DNA of 63,415 bases, the filler included, from a bacterium (GTDB taxonomy: Bacteria; JBDRGX01): NCBI GenBank assembly GCA_043817485.1. It is 7 parts of 7 records of this genome, joined end to end, with 100 filler letters (N's around TTAATTAATTAA, not from the genome) between each part and the next. Parts side by side here need not be neighbours in the genome. Positions count along the whole stretch, not along the records: positions 18,842 to 40,067 come from JBDRGX010000099.1; positions 40,168 to 48,209 come from JBDRGX010000100.1; 5 more parts are not named here. One strand, written 5' to 3'. Shown piece by piece: positions 31,590 to 43,312 of the stretch. The translations under genes and the position numbers were made by a program. The notes under the pieces are model-generated. The model did no database searches. It worked only from the letters and a program-made list of their open reading frames with translations, and had not been told where the DNA came from. Every line of letters starts with the position of its first letter. Position 1 is the stretch's first letter.

Positions 31590-32492
31590 TTTTGCTCCAT
31601 TGTTTTAATTAAATTAAATAAAACTTCATTAACTGGAGTTGCTATTTTTAATTTTTTACCTTCTTTGATAATGGCTCCATTTATAGCATCAATTTCTGTT
31701 CTTTTTTTATTAAGAATATCTTGATACATAGAACAAATATTAGAAGAAGTGGCTTTACATACTTCTTTAACTTTTTTAATTGGATCTTTATAAAGTAATT
31801 TTATATTTTTTTTTTGAAGATATTTTTGTTGTTTCTATAATTACTTGTTCTAATATATTTTGTGTTTCTTTATATTTTAACAATTCACCATTATGTAGTT
31901 TTGTGATAGTAGCCAATGGATTTATTGCAGCATTAATAACTAATTTACTCCAAATAATAGAATCAATATTTTGAGAAGTTTTTATTTTAAACCCAGATTT
32001 TTTAAAAATAGAAATTATTTCTTTTTGTGGTTTAGAAATAATTGTTTCTCCAGATCCAGTATGTTTTATTTTTCCATTTCCTAAACAAGTTGAAGCTTCA
32101 TAGGTAATACCAGTAATTATTTTTTCATTTGAAATAAATTGTTTAATTATTTCTATATTTCCAATTCCATTTTGCAAAGTTAAAATTAAAGTATCATTTT
32201 TTATTAATTTTTTAATTTTTTCTAAAGCTGATTTTGTATCATAAGATTTCACACAAATAATAATTAAATCACAAGTTCCTATTTCTTGAATAGAAGTAGT
32301 AATATTAACTTTAATTTTAAAATTTTGTTTAAAATCTTTAATATAAATTCCATTTTTTTTAATTTTTTCAACTCGCTCAGATTTTTTATCTATAAGCCAA
32401 ACTGTAAAACCAGATTTTGTTAAAAAACCAGCAAATAGACAACCCATAGATCCAGGTCCTATAATTGCAATTTTAAAATTTTTATTTATCAT
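31586..32492 (-). CDS. panE: 2-dehydropantoate 2-reductase, frameshifted at the T10 run 31806-31815
   Basis: GPGSMG, CVKSYD, LQNGIG, WSKLVINAAINP; the shifted frame gives SMYQD...TEIDAING ending at an ATGA overlap with nadK. Confidence 0.9.
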
Positions 32493-32655
32493 TTTATCAT
32501 TTATCCTTAATTTTAAAAAAATTTATATCATTGTTTTTTTGTTTTGCAAGGAAAAAATATATTCATTAAAAATGATAAAATCTTTTTTATTGACAAATTT
32601 AAAAAAACATTATTTTTTAAAGAAAAAATTTATAAAAAAACAGGAGATATTCAAA

Positions 32656-33948
32656 ATGATTGAAAGATATACAACAAAAGAAATGAATGAAATTTGGTCA
32701 GAAGAAAATAAATTTTCGCAAATGTTAAAAATAGAAATTTTAGCTTGTGAGTTTTTTGCCAAAACAGGAAAAATTCCAAATGAAGCAGTTGAAATAATTA
32801 AAAAAAAAGCAAAATTTGATATTAAACGAATTGCTGAAATAGAAGAACAAATACATCATGATATAATAGCATTTTTAACTAATGTTTCGGAAAATGTAGG
32901 AGAAGAATCTCGATATATTCATCAAGGGCTAACTTCATCAGATATTTTAGATACATCTTTGTCTTATTTAATGAAACAGGCATCAATAGTTATTTTAAAA
33001 AAATTAACTACTTTAAAAGAGATTTTAAAATCTAAAGCATTAGAATACAAAAATACTGTAATGATTGGGAGAACACATGGTATTCATGCAGAACCTATGA
33101 CTTTTGGTTTAAAAATGGCTCTTTGGATGAAAGAAACAGAAAGAAATATTGAAAGAATGAAAAGGGCTCAAGAAGTAATTTCTTATGGAAAAATTTCTGG
33201 TGCTGTTGGAACATTTGCTCATGTAGATATAGAAATAGAAAAATATGTTTGTTCAAAAATGGGATTAAAATCAGCTTCTATTTCTACACAAGTTTTGCAA
33301 AGAGATCGTCATGCAGAATATTTAACAACAATTGCTATTATTGGAGCAAGTTTAGAAAAATTTGCAATTGAAATTAGAAACCTTCAAAGAACAGATATAG
33401 GAGAAGCAAGTGAACCTTTTGGAGAAAAACAAAAAGGCTCTTCTGCTATGCCTCATAAAAAAAATCCTATTATTTGTGAAAGAATTACTGGTTTAGCAAG
33501 AATATTAAGAAGTAATGCTATGGCATCTTTAGAAAATATTGCTTTATGGCATGAAAGAGATATTAGTCATTCTTCTGTAGAAAGAATTATCATTCCAGAC
33601 AGTACTATTTTATTAGATTATATGCTTCAAAAATTTATTAATGTTATAAATGGATTAAATGTTTATTCTGAAAAAATGCTTGAAAATGTAAATAAAACAC
33701 AAGGTTTAATTTTTTCTCAAAGAATACTTTTGGCTTTAACACAAAAAAATATTTCAAGAGAAGATGCATATCTTTTTGTTCAAAGAAATTCAATGAAATC
33801 AATGAAAGAAAAAAAAGAATTAAAAACATTATGTTTAAAAGATAAAGATATAAAAAAACATCTTTCTTCTTTTGAAATTGAAGAATGTTTTGATATAAAA
33901 TATTATTTAAAAAATATTGATAATATTTATAAAAGATTAGAATTATAA
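32656..33948 (+). CDS. purB: Adenylosuccinate lyase
   Basis: MIERY start after AGGAG; GRTHGIHAEP; GSSAMPHKKNP. Confidence 0.96.
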   Translation: MIERYTTKEMNEIWSEENKFSQMLKIEILACEFFAKTGKIPNEAVEIIKKKAKFDIKRIAEIEEQIHHDIIAFLTNVSENVGEESRYIHQGLTSSDILDTSLSYLMKQASIVILKKLTTLKEILKSKALEYKNTVMIGRTHGIHAEPMTFGLKMALWMKETERNIERMKRAQEVISYGKISGAVGTFAHVDIEIEKYVCSKMGLKSASISTQVLQRDRHAEYLTTIAIIGASLEKFAIEIRNLQRTDIGEASEPFGEKQKGSSAMPHKKNPIICERITGLARILRSNAMASLENIALWHERDISHSSVERIIIPDSTILLDYMLQKFINVINGLNVYSEKMLENVNKTQGLIFSQRILLALTQKNISREDAYLFVQRNSMKSMKEKKELKTLCLKDKDIKKHLSSFEIEECFDIKYYLKNIDNIYKRLEL

Positions 33949-33957
33949 TATAGTATA

Positions 33958-34089
33958 ATACCAAGGGGTATTTCAACGCTAACTGTATTGGTTTTGTCAC
34001 ACGGTTTTTCCAATATTATTTATACACTTCTGTTTGTGTGTTCGCACAGGTAGTTTTGTCACTTTATTAATTTGAACGCAATTTAGTAT
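33958..34089 (+). mobile_element. Family D element
   Basis: ataccaaggggtatttcaacgctaactgtattggttttgtc...tgtgtgttcgcacagg...tttgaacgcaatttagtat. Confidence 0.7.
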
Positions 34090-34102
34090 AATGGAGCAAA
34101 AA

Positions 34103-35230
34103 ATGGCACAATCAAAAGTTTATTTTATTTCTGCAAGAGCGAAAAAATGGAAATATAAATATAGTGTTTTAGGAAGATTAGAAGAAGTTATAGAAAAAAT
34201 TAAATTTGAAAAATATTTTAAGCCAAAAGAATTAGTAGCAATAAAATTACATTTAGGAACACAAGGTGTACATAGAAATATAAAGCCAGTATTTTTGAAT
34301 AAAATAGTTCAAGGAGTAAAAAATGTGGGTGCATATTCTTTTATTACAGATACATCTTTTGGGAAAGATTCTATTGAAAAATATAATGTAGCTAAAAATT
34401 TAGGAATTAATGAATTAACTTGTAATGCTCCTATTATAATGGCAGATGGAATATTTGGATTTGATTGTGTAGAAGTTGATATGGGAGAATTAATAGGGAA
34501 AATAGGTGTAGCTTCTGCTATTTATGATGCTTCAGCAATGATTGTAGCAAGTCATATAAAGGCTCATATTCAATCAGGTTATGCTGGAGCAATAAAAAAT
34601 TTAGCTATGGGAGCTCTTTGTGGAGCAAGAAGAGAAGGAAATTCTCATGAAAAAGCAAGAGGAAGATTACATTCTTTAATGTCTACAAAAATAAAATGGG
34701 TTAAAGAAAAATGTACTAAATGTGAACAATGTATTGATATTTGTCCATTAGAAGGACTTTTTTTTAATCAAGAAGGAAATCTTGTTTTTGGCGAATGTTA
34801 TAGATGTACAAGATGTGTAAGAATTTGTCAACAAGGAGCTTTAATTGATACATCAAATAAAGAAGTTTTTCAAGAAGGATTAGCTTATTCTGCTAAAGGT
34901 GTGATTAATACTTTTAAAAAAAATAAAATTCTTTATTTTAATTTTCTTTTAGATATAACCCCAGAATGTGATTGTATCCCTGTTTCAGATACTCCTATTG
35001 TTCAAGATCAAGGAATTTTGATTTCTGATGATATTGTTGCAGTAGAAAAAGCTTCTTATGATATGATTACGAATGCTTTACCATTACCTCAATCTTTGGC
35101 AGATGATAGAAAAATAAAGGATTGTAAAAATATTTTTCAAGAACTTCATAATTGTCCAGCTTTTTTACATATAGAAAAATCTCGAGAACTTAATTTAGGA
35201 AATATGGATTACGAAATAATAGAGATATAA
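34103..35230 (+). CDS. DUF362 domain Fe-S protein with ferredoxin-type 4Fe-4S motifs
   Basis: VAIKLHLG, SHIKAH...GAIKNLAMG, CTKCEQCIDICP, CYRCTRCVRIC, PECDC; alternative start at 34091. Confidence 0.88.
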   Translation: MAQSKVYFISARAKKWKYKYSVLGRLEEVIEKIKFEKYFKPKELVAIKLHLGTQGVHRNIKPVFLNKIVQGVKNVGAYSFITDTSFGKDSIEKYNVAKNLGINELTCNAPIIMADGIFGFDCVEVDMGELIGKIGVASAIYDASAMIVASHIKAHIQSGYAGAIKNLAMGALCGARREGNSHEKARGRLHSLMSTKIKWVKEKCTKCEQCIDICPLEGLFFNQEGNLVFGECYRCTRCVRICQQGALIDTSNKEVFQEGLAYSAKGVINTFKKNKILYFNFLLDITPECDCIPVSDTPIVQDQGILISDDIVAVEKASYDMITNALPLPQSLADDRKIKDCKNIFQELHNCPAFLHIEKSRELNLGNMDYEIIEI

Positions 35231-35298
35231 AATTCAGTAATTTTAAAAATTAGTAAATAATGTTAAGAATGATAATTTTTAAAAAGGAGTGGAGTAAA

Positions 35299-36642
35299 AT
35301 GTTTAAAAAAACTTTTTTAAGTTATTTTATTTTGTTATGTGTAACAATGAATATAAGTTATGGAGAATGGAAAGTTGTTGATACTATAAATCTTATTCCT
35401 GGAGGAAATAAAGTAAATGGATTATGTCCAACAGCATTTTGTATATTAGGAAATAAGATATATGTGGCTAATTATAATAGTAAAAGTGTTTCAATAATAG
35501 ATACAGCAAATAATAATTCAGTCACAAATATAAGTGTAGAAAACGAACCAATAGCATTATGTGTATTAGGAAATAAAGTATATGTGGCTAATAGTAGGAG
35601 CAATAGTGTTTCGATAATAGATACATTAAATAATAATGCAGTGATAAATATAAGCGTTGGAAATGAACCAATAGCATTGTGTGTATTAGAAAATAAAGTA
35701 TATGTGGCTAATAGTTGGAGTAATAGTGTTTCGATAATAGATATAGCAAATAATAATGCTGTCACAAATATAAGTGTAGGAAATGTTCCAGTAGCATTGT
35801 GTGCATTTAAAAATAAGGTATATGTGGCTAATCATTGTAGTGATAGTGTTTTGATAATAGATATAGCTAATAATAATGCAATTACAAATATAAATGTTGG
35901 AAAGTATCCAGAAGCAATATGTGTATTAGGGAATAGGGTATATGTGGCTAATAATGGTAGTGATAGTATTTCGATAATAGATACAGGGAACAATAATAAA
36001 GTGACAAATATAAATGTAGGAAAGTATCCAGAAGCCTTATGTGTTTTAAAAAATAAGGTATATGTGGCTGGTAGTAGTAGTGTTTCAATAATAGATACAA
36101 CCAATAATAATTCAGTTATAAATATAAATGTAGGAGATGAACCTACGGCATTATGTGTTTTAGGAAATAAAATATATATGGCTAATAGTTTGACCGATAG
36201 TATTTCGATAATAGATACAGCAAATAATAATTCAGTGACAAATATAAGTGTTGGAGATGGACCAGAAGCATTATGTGTATTAGAAAATAGGGTATATGTG
36301 GCTAATAGTTTGAGTGGAAGTATAAGTATACTTGAATATGATGACAAGATTGAGGTTAATTTTAATTCAGATATTTTGGTATTAAACAAAGGATTTGCTA
36401 GTGTTATGTGTGAGTTTCTAAAAGAGCAGAAAGAGACATTTAATTTAAGAGATACTGAAGGAGAGATTGGTTTATTCATAAAATATCCTATTTTAATTAT
36501 TCCAAGTGGTGGATTAATTGGATTAGATAGCTTATTATTCAAAGCTAAATTAGAAAGATATGTAGAAGCTGGTGGTATTATAATATGTTTAGCACAACAA
36601 AATGGAAAAAATTTTAGTAAAGAAAGAGTGGTAAAGTTTTAA
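35299..36642 (+). CDS. Secreted YVTN/YncE-type beta-propeller (8 repeats of 40 aa) fused to a truncated GATase1-like domain
   Basis: Signal peptide; 120-nt periodic repeats ALCVLxNxVYVAN..S.SVSIIDT; tail PILIIPSGG...LERYVEAGGIIICL. Confidence 0.85.
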   Translation: MFKKTFLSYFILLCVTMNISYGEWKVVDTINLIPGGNKVNGLCPTAFCILGNKIYVANYNSKSVSIIDTANNNSVTNISVENEPIALCVLGNKVYVANSRSNSVSIIDTLNNNAVINISVGNEPIALCVLENKVYVANSWSNSVSIIDIANNNAVTNISVGNVPVALCAFKNKVYVANHCSDSVLIIDIANNNAITNINVGKYPEAICVLGNRVYVANNGSDSISIIDTGNNNKVTNINVGKYPEALCVLKNKVYVAGSSSVSIIDTTNNNSVININVGDEPTALCVLGNKIYMANSLTDSISIIDTANNNSVTNISVGDGPEALCVLENRVYVANSLSGSISILEYDDKIEVNFNSDILVLNKGFASVMCEFLKEQKETFNLRDTEGEIGLFIKYPILIIPSGGLIGLDSLLFKAKLERYVEAGGIIICLAQQNGKNFSKERVVKF

Positions 36643-36758
36643 AACAAATTAAAAAAAAGGGGAGAATTTTTAAGAACAGACCTTATTGGGAGAAAAAAAG
36701 AGGATAAACTTGAGGTATTTAAAATATCAGATATTTTAAAATAAAAGGAGCATAATAC

Positions 36759-37862
36759 ATGAAAAAGATTATGTTGATGATTATTGTAGGATTGTTTTTT
36801 GGATATAGTGAATGGGGAATTGCAGAAGTAGAAAAACAATTGTCTAATCAAGAAGAAAAGAAATTTCAAAAGAATGAATTAACAAAAAATTTAGGGTTTT
36901 GTTTCGGATATATAAACGATGATGGTAAAATTTACTTAGAAATACCTTTATCATCTGTATCCAATAATACATCTGAAAGATGTATAGCCATTAGTGATTT
37001 TAACGAGTCATTGAAGTCTATTATAAGTAAAGAAGAAAAAGATGATTCCATTGTGCCAATTGAATCTGAAAAAATAAAATCATTGATAAAAATCAAAGAA
37101 GTTGAAAAATTTGAAGTCTACAGTTTAAGAGGATATGAAGGAGTATTTAAAACAAAAGGATTTATTCTCATACAAAATATGGGAGGAGAAGAGTTTTATC
37201 CTTATGTTGAATTGGATAAGGAAATTCATGGAGTTAAACCTTTAGACGATTATTGTTATCCTAGTAATCCAGTTATTGCTATATTTGCAGATGAGAAGTC
37301 CACTTGTAAAAAGATGTGTAAATTAATGATTGAAAAAAGTTTGATAAATTATGATTACAAAATTGAGAAGGTTTGGTCAGTTTTGAAGGAAAGATTTATA
37401 TTAAAAGGATTGGTGGACTATGAATATTTTGATGGGCACTGGGGATGGAAGAAAAAACAAATGAATTATTTGCTAAATCAAGAAGAACTTTTCAAAATTC
37501 AAAACCATTTTGATAGTTGGAAAATAAATATACTTGAGGGAAATATTGATACAGATAAAGAAATTGAATTAGTAGTAAGTGCATCTTGGGGAAATTTTGA
37601 GACATCGAATCTCATATCTACTATTTTTATTTTAGATTCACAAAACAAAAAAACACAAGTTATAGATATAATACCTATAGTTTTTAGTAAGGGAGATTGT
37701 CAGATTTCTTGGAAAGCAGTTTTTGGAATAGATATTGATAATGATGGAGTTATGGAGTTTGTTATTCATGATTTTCCTTATGATGGAGGCTGTTCCAGTA
37801 TTTACAAATGGGATGGAAAGACATATAAGAAAATTTATGAATCTTATTATTGTGGAGGTTAA
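36759..37862 (+). CDS. Hypothetical secreted protein with DxDxDG-type motifs
   Basis: AAGGAG RBS; signal peptide; GNIDTDKEIE and DIDNDGVMEF; no recognised family. Confidence 0.7.
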   Translation: MKKIMLMIIVGLFFGYSEWGIAEVEKQLSNQEEKKFQKNELTKNLGFCFGYINDDGKIYLEIPLSSVSNNTSERCIAISDFNESLKSIISKEEKDDSIVPIESEKIKSLIKIKEVEKFEVYSLRGYEGVFKTKGFILIQNMGGEEFYPYVELDKEIHGVKPLDDYCYPSNPVIAIFADEKSTCKKMCKLMIEKSLINYDYKIEKVWSVLKERFILKGLVDYEYFDGHWGWKKKQMNYLLNQEELFKIQNHFDSWKINILEGNIDTDKEIELVVSASWGNFETSNLISTIFILDSQNKKTQVIDIIPIVFSKGDCQISWKAVFGIDIDNDGVMEFVIHDFPYDGGCSSIYKWDGKTYKKIYESYYCGG

Positions 37863-37991
37863 ACTTAATTTTTATATTAATCTCTTACAAAAAAAGGAAA
37901 AAAATAAAATGGAAAAATATTTATTAAGAAAACAATTTATGGTTTTAATAAGTTTTTTTCTCTATTTGAACTTAACATCTAATATATAAAA

Positions 37992-38020
37992 TTGACAAAT
38001 GTTATTTTAAAATATAAAAT
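37992..38020 (+). promoter_or_regulatory. Putative sigma70 promoter of argC
   Basis: TTGACA-17 nt-TAAAAT ending 30 nt before the ATG; AGGAG RBS. Confidence 0.5.
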
Positions 38021-38050
38021 TAGAATAAATATTTTTTATAGGAGTTAAAT

Positions 38051-39065
38051 ATGTTAAAAGTTGGTATTATTGGTGCTACAGGTTATGTAGGTGAAGAGCT
38101 TATAAAAATTTTAATTAATCATAAAGATGTTGAAATAACTGTTCTTCAAAGGGCTAATATAGAAAAGTCTGTTTTTATATCTTCTATTTTTCCACAATTT
38201 CATGGAAATTATGAAATTATGTGTGAAAAAATTGATTTTGAAAAAGCTTCAAAAAAAGCAGATTTTTTTTTTCTTATCTCTTCCTCATACAATTTCAATG
38301 ACTGGTGTTCCAATTCTTTTAAAAAATAAAAAAAAAGTAATTGATTTAAGTGCTGATTATAGACTAAATGTAAAAGAATATGAAAAATGGTATAAAGTAA
38401 AACATCAAGATTCATCTAATATTAAAAAAGCAATTTATGGATTACCAGAATTTTTTAGAAAAGAAATTAAAAATGCCGAGTTAATAGCAAATCCTGGATG
38501 TTATCCTACAAGTGTAATTTTAGGATTAATTCCTTTACTTAAAAAAAACTTAATAAACTTAAATACTATAATTGTAGATTCTAAAAGTGGTGTTACTGGA
38601 GCTGGAAAAAAAGCTGATGTGTCTTTACTTTTTTCAGAAGTAAATGAAAGTTTAAAAGCTTATAAAGTTAATGATCATCAACATAAACCAGAAATAAATA
38701 TGATGATTAAAAAAATTACTAATTCTAAAACTGATATTATATTTGTACCACATCTTATTCCTATGAATAGGGGAATTCTTTCTACAATTTATTTAGATTT
38801 AAAAGAAAAAATAAATGCAACAAAAGTTATGGAAATTTATAAAAATTTTTATAAGGATGAACCTTTTGTTAATGTTTTTGAACAAGAATTTCCAAGAACA
38901 AAAGATGTTCAACATACAAATTTTTGTAATATAGGTATTAAAGTAAGTGACAAAAAAATTATTGTAATTAGTGTAATAGATAATCTTATAAAAGGTGCTT
39001 CTGGACAAGCTGTGCAAAATATGAATATTATGTGTGGATTTAATGAAAAAGAAGGATTGTTATAA
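38051..39065 (+). CDS. argC: N-acetyl-gamma-glutamyl-phosphate reductase, frameshifted at the T10 run 38263-38272
   Basis: GATGYVG; then DLSADYR, ANPGCYPT, SGVTGAG, DNLIKGASGQAVQN. Confidence 0.93.
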
Positions 39066-39183
39066 TACCAAGTCGTTTGTAGAAATAATATATTTGTAGA
39101 AACATTTGCATTTATTTAAGTTGAAAATTGAAAATTTGTTTTGGATTTCGGTTATTGAAATTTCTTTAAAAAAGGAGTAAAAA

Positions 39184-40067
39184 ATGTTTAAAAATTTTTT
39201 TTTAAGTTATTTTATTTTGTTATGTGGGATAACAATGAATATAAGTTATGGAAAATGGAAAATTATTGATACTATAAATCTTATTTCTGGAGGAAATAAA
39301 ATAAATAAATTAAGTCCAAGAGCATTTTGTATATTAGGAAATAGGGTATATGTGGCTAATCGTGATAGTAATAGTATTTTGGTAATAGATACAGCAAATA
39401 ATAATGCAATGATAAATATAAAAGTAGGATTAAGTCCAGAAGCAATATGTGTATTAGGTAATAGGGTATATGTGGCTAATTGTGATAGTAATAGTGTTTC
39501 GATAATAGATACAGCAAATAACAATGCAGTGACAAATATAAGTGTTGGAAAATATCCAACAGCAATATGTGTTTTAGAGAACAGGGTATATGTGGCTAAT
39601 AGTGATAATAATAGTATTTCGATAATAGATACAGCAAATAATAATGCTGTCACAAATATAATTGTAGGAAATTATCCAAGAGCATTATGTGTTTTAGAAA
39701 ACAGAGTATATGTGGCTAATAGTAATAGTAATAGTATTTCAATAATAGATACAGCAAATAATAATGCTATCACAAATATAAGTGTAGGAAATTATCCAAT
39801 GGCATTTTGTACATTAGGGAATAGGGTATATGTGGCTAATTATAATAGTAATAGTGTTTCGATAATAGATACAGCAAATAATAATGCTATCACAAATATA
39901 AGTGTGGAAAATAATCCAAGAGCAATATGTGTATTAGGGAGTAGGGTATATGTAGCTAATAGTAATAGTAATAGTGTTTCAATAATAGATATAGCAAATA
40001 ATAATGTTGTTACAAATATAAGTGTTGAAAAGTATCCAATAGCAATATGTGTATTAGGTAATAGGGT
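39184..40067 (+). CDS. Second secreted YVTN-type beta-propeller, paralog of 35299 (3' end in gap)
   Basis: Near-identical signal peptide and 120-nt repeats. Confidence 0.85.
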
Positions 40068-40167
40068 NNNNNNNNNNNNNNNNNNNNNNNNNNNNNNNNN
40101 NNNNNNNNNNNTTAATTAATTAANNNNNNNNNNNNNNNNNNNNNNNNNNNNNNNNNNNNNNNNNNNN
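40068..40167. other. Artificial contig linker
   Basis: N44-TTAATTAATTAA-N44. Confidence 0.97.
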
Positions 40168-43100
40168 ATCTTTTATGATAACAGATGTTTCTAAATCACT
40201 AAATTTTATTTTAAATGCTTCTCCATTTTGAATATGAGAAGATATTTCAATAAAAGGATTTTGAAGATTTTCTTGTGCTTTTATTTTGAAATTAGTTATT
40301 CCAGACAAAACATTTTTTTGAGGAATAAACCAATTAGATATTAAATTAACATGAAAATTATTTCCATTAATTATGAAATCTATATTTTTATTTGAATCAA
40401 TAAAACCATTTACAAATAAAGATAAATTTTCTTCTCCATTTATGTGAACATTTTCAAAAAATAATTTTTTAAAAATGTTTTTTTCTTTTAAATTTTTTAT
40501 TTTTCCAGATAAAAAAATACCTTTTATTTTAGGAATAGGTGAAAAATCAAACACCGAATTTTCATATTTTATTTGAGTATGAAATTTTTTAATTTTTTGT
40601 TCATTTAAACTTAAATTGTTTGCAATAAAAAAACCTTTTAATTTTTCTTCATTTTTTTGTAATTGAAGTTCAATGTTTTCACAAAAAAATAAAATTTCTT
40701 TTACTTTATATTTTAAATTTTCAAGTATAATATTTATATTTTGCGAACCATTTACATTTTTGAAATTAAAATTTATTGCATCAATTTTTACATTTTGATT
40801 TTGATCTTTTATTTCTGAATTTGTGCAAATAAAATTTCCTTGCCAATTAAGTTTATCAACAAATAGTCCTTTAATAATTCCTTGCGCAAAAATTTCATAT
40901 TGTTTAAAAAATATTTTTTCTGTTAAAAAACTTAAATCTATTTCTACAAAATTTGATATTTTTTCAACTTTACCATAAATTTTAATATAATTTTTTCCAC
41001 GACAAATATTTATTTTGTTAAAAAGAATTAAATTATTAAAACTTTGAAAATCAATGTTTATCCAATCATAATAAGAATATAAATCTTTGTTTTTAAAAGT
41101 TAAACATCCTGAATAAGAAGGGTTTGTTAATAAACCAGTTATTTTCATTTTTCCAGAAATTTTTGTATCTGGAAAATTAACATTTAATAAAGAAAAAATA
41201 TTTTTCAAATCTAATTCATTTATGTTTATATTTATTTGTAGTTCTGGTTTTTTAGTAAAATTTATAATTCCAGAAGATTGCAAAGTATCATAACAAATTT
41301 TTTTTATATTTAATATTTTTTTGCAATAAGAAAATTCCATATTTATTGGATTAAAATTATTTTCATTGATCCTAATATTTTTTATATTTAATATGCCATC
41401 CAATGTATTGTTTTTTATTTTTCCAGATATAAACATATTTCCATTTAAAAAATATTTTTTCCATTTATAATTTGTGAATAATAGATTCGAATAAATATAA
41501 TTTTCTTTTAAAGAAATATTTATATTTCCTTTTATGTTTTCAGATGGAGATGATATTAAAATTTTTTCAATTAAAATTTTTTGTGTTTTTAAATCTATTT
41601 GAGAAGTAAAGAAAATTTTATTGCAAATAGAGAAGTTTTCAAAAATAATTTTTTGAGGGGATAAAATAATATTTGTTTTTAAATTTATTTCAGGAAAAGT
41701 AGCAAAGAAAATTTTTTCTGCTTTAAGCATTATTTTAGCAAAAAAAGGTTTTTTAGAAAAATTACCATTAAAACAAAAATTTCCTATTTCTTTTTTTTCT
41801 TTTGTTAAAGAAATTTTTCCTTCAAACGGAAATTGATTTTTATTTAAAAATATTTTTTCAAAATTGCCTACTAAATCATATTTTTTATTATCATCAATAT
41901 TAAATTTAAAATTATTATTTTGATAAAAAATATCTAAATTTATAATATCTAATTTTTTTTCATAACATTCTAAATTACGAGTTTCTAATTTTATTTTCAA
42001 AAAAGGATTATCTTGTGACCCTTTAAATTCTCCAGATAAGTTTGCTAAACCATTTATTTTCAAAAAAGGAAAAATTTTATTTAAAGAAAATAAATCTAAA
42101 TTTTGCAAATCAAAAATAATATTATTTTTTTTTGGGCTTAAATTTCCTGTTATAGTAAAATTTCCTTGCAAAATATTAGCAGTAAAATTTTCTATGTTTA
42201 AAAAATCTTTATAATATTCTAAATTTCCTGTTAAATCATTGAATGGTATTTTTTTAATTTTACCTTTAGAAAAAGTAAATAAAGTTTTTATTTTTAAATT
42301 ATTAAGTAAGCCGAAACAAGAAATTTTTATAAACCCTTTTCCTTCTTGTTCAAAAGATATATTTTTTTGTGTATTTTCTAAATTAAAATTTTTTGCAACA
42401 AAATCCAATTTTAAAAAACCATTTTCATGTTCTCCTTGAATTTCAAAAGGATTGTTTTCAAGATAACCATAAATTGAAGGAAAAGAAATGAGTTTTTCAT
42501 TAAACACTATTTCCCCATTTATTTTAGAAAATTCAGTTTTAAATTTTTCAATATTTCCTTCAATATTTTTAAAAGAAAAACTACCTTGATATTTTATGAT
42601 TTTTTCTTTTTGAAAAATATTAAGATCTAAATTTCCAGAACCTTTAATAAAAGAAATTTCTTTTATATTAAAATATTTTAAGTAAAATGGAAGGAAGATA
42701 TTAGAAATTTTTAAATTTAGGGCTAAAGCATTTTCATCTATTTTGCCTTTAAGAATAAAATTATCTTGTTGTACACTATCCTCTGTTTGAGATAAAAATA
42801 ATATAGAATTTTTTTCTAAATTGATTTTTCCTCTAATGTTTTTAATTTTAGTTTTAATTTTTTTTTCTTCATCAATAAATATAATCTTTCCTTGTTTAAA
42901 AGAAATTATAAAATTTTGTTTTTGTTTTTTATCTTGAGGTTTTATTAAAGCTTCGAAATTCCATTTTTCATTTTTTTCTTTAATAATTGTGGCAGTTGTT
43001 TTTATTAAATCTATTTTAGAAATAGCTTTTACAAAATTTTTTTGTTTTAAAAATTCTTTTAAATTATAGTTTATTATTATTTTTTTTGCGAAAAAAAAAT

Positions 43101-43300
43101 GGTTTATCTTTTGAAAATGTAATTGAAGTATTTGTAAGAATTATTTTTTGGAAAGGAAAAAAACTAATACTTTTAATTTCGACTTTTTGTTTTATAAAAA
43201 TAGAAAGTTTTTGAGAAACTAATTTAGGAAGGTATAAATTTAAAAAGAAGCAGAAAAGAAAAATTATGAAAAGAAATAAAATAATTATTTTTTTTTTCAT
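40168..43300 (-). CDS. Large AsmA/TamB-like beta-taco protein (frameshift at A9 43091-43099; 3' end in gap)
   Basis: N-terminal TM anchor; corrected frame contains NEKWNFEAL and is in frame with the 795-aa beta-rich ORF; recurrent G...NP turns. Confidence 0.65.
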
Positions 43301-43312
43301 TGCTAAAAATTT

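Noticed and set aside
32539-32655. N-terminal extension of PurB in the ORF track
   Set aside because: The conserved MIERY start with an AGGAG RBS is at 32656
35472-39653. Antisense ORFs 35472-35765, 35832-36542 and 39246-39653
   Set aside because: Shadow frames of the repetitive YVTN genes
35420-40067. Diversity-generating retroelement acting on the YVTN repeats
   Set aside because: One variable codon is always NNT, compatible with AAT mutagenesis, but the next includes AGG, TGG and TTG, which adenine-only mutation of AAY cannot give. No reverse transcriptase or non-coding template is in the window, and AT codon bias explains the third-position T
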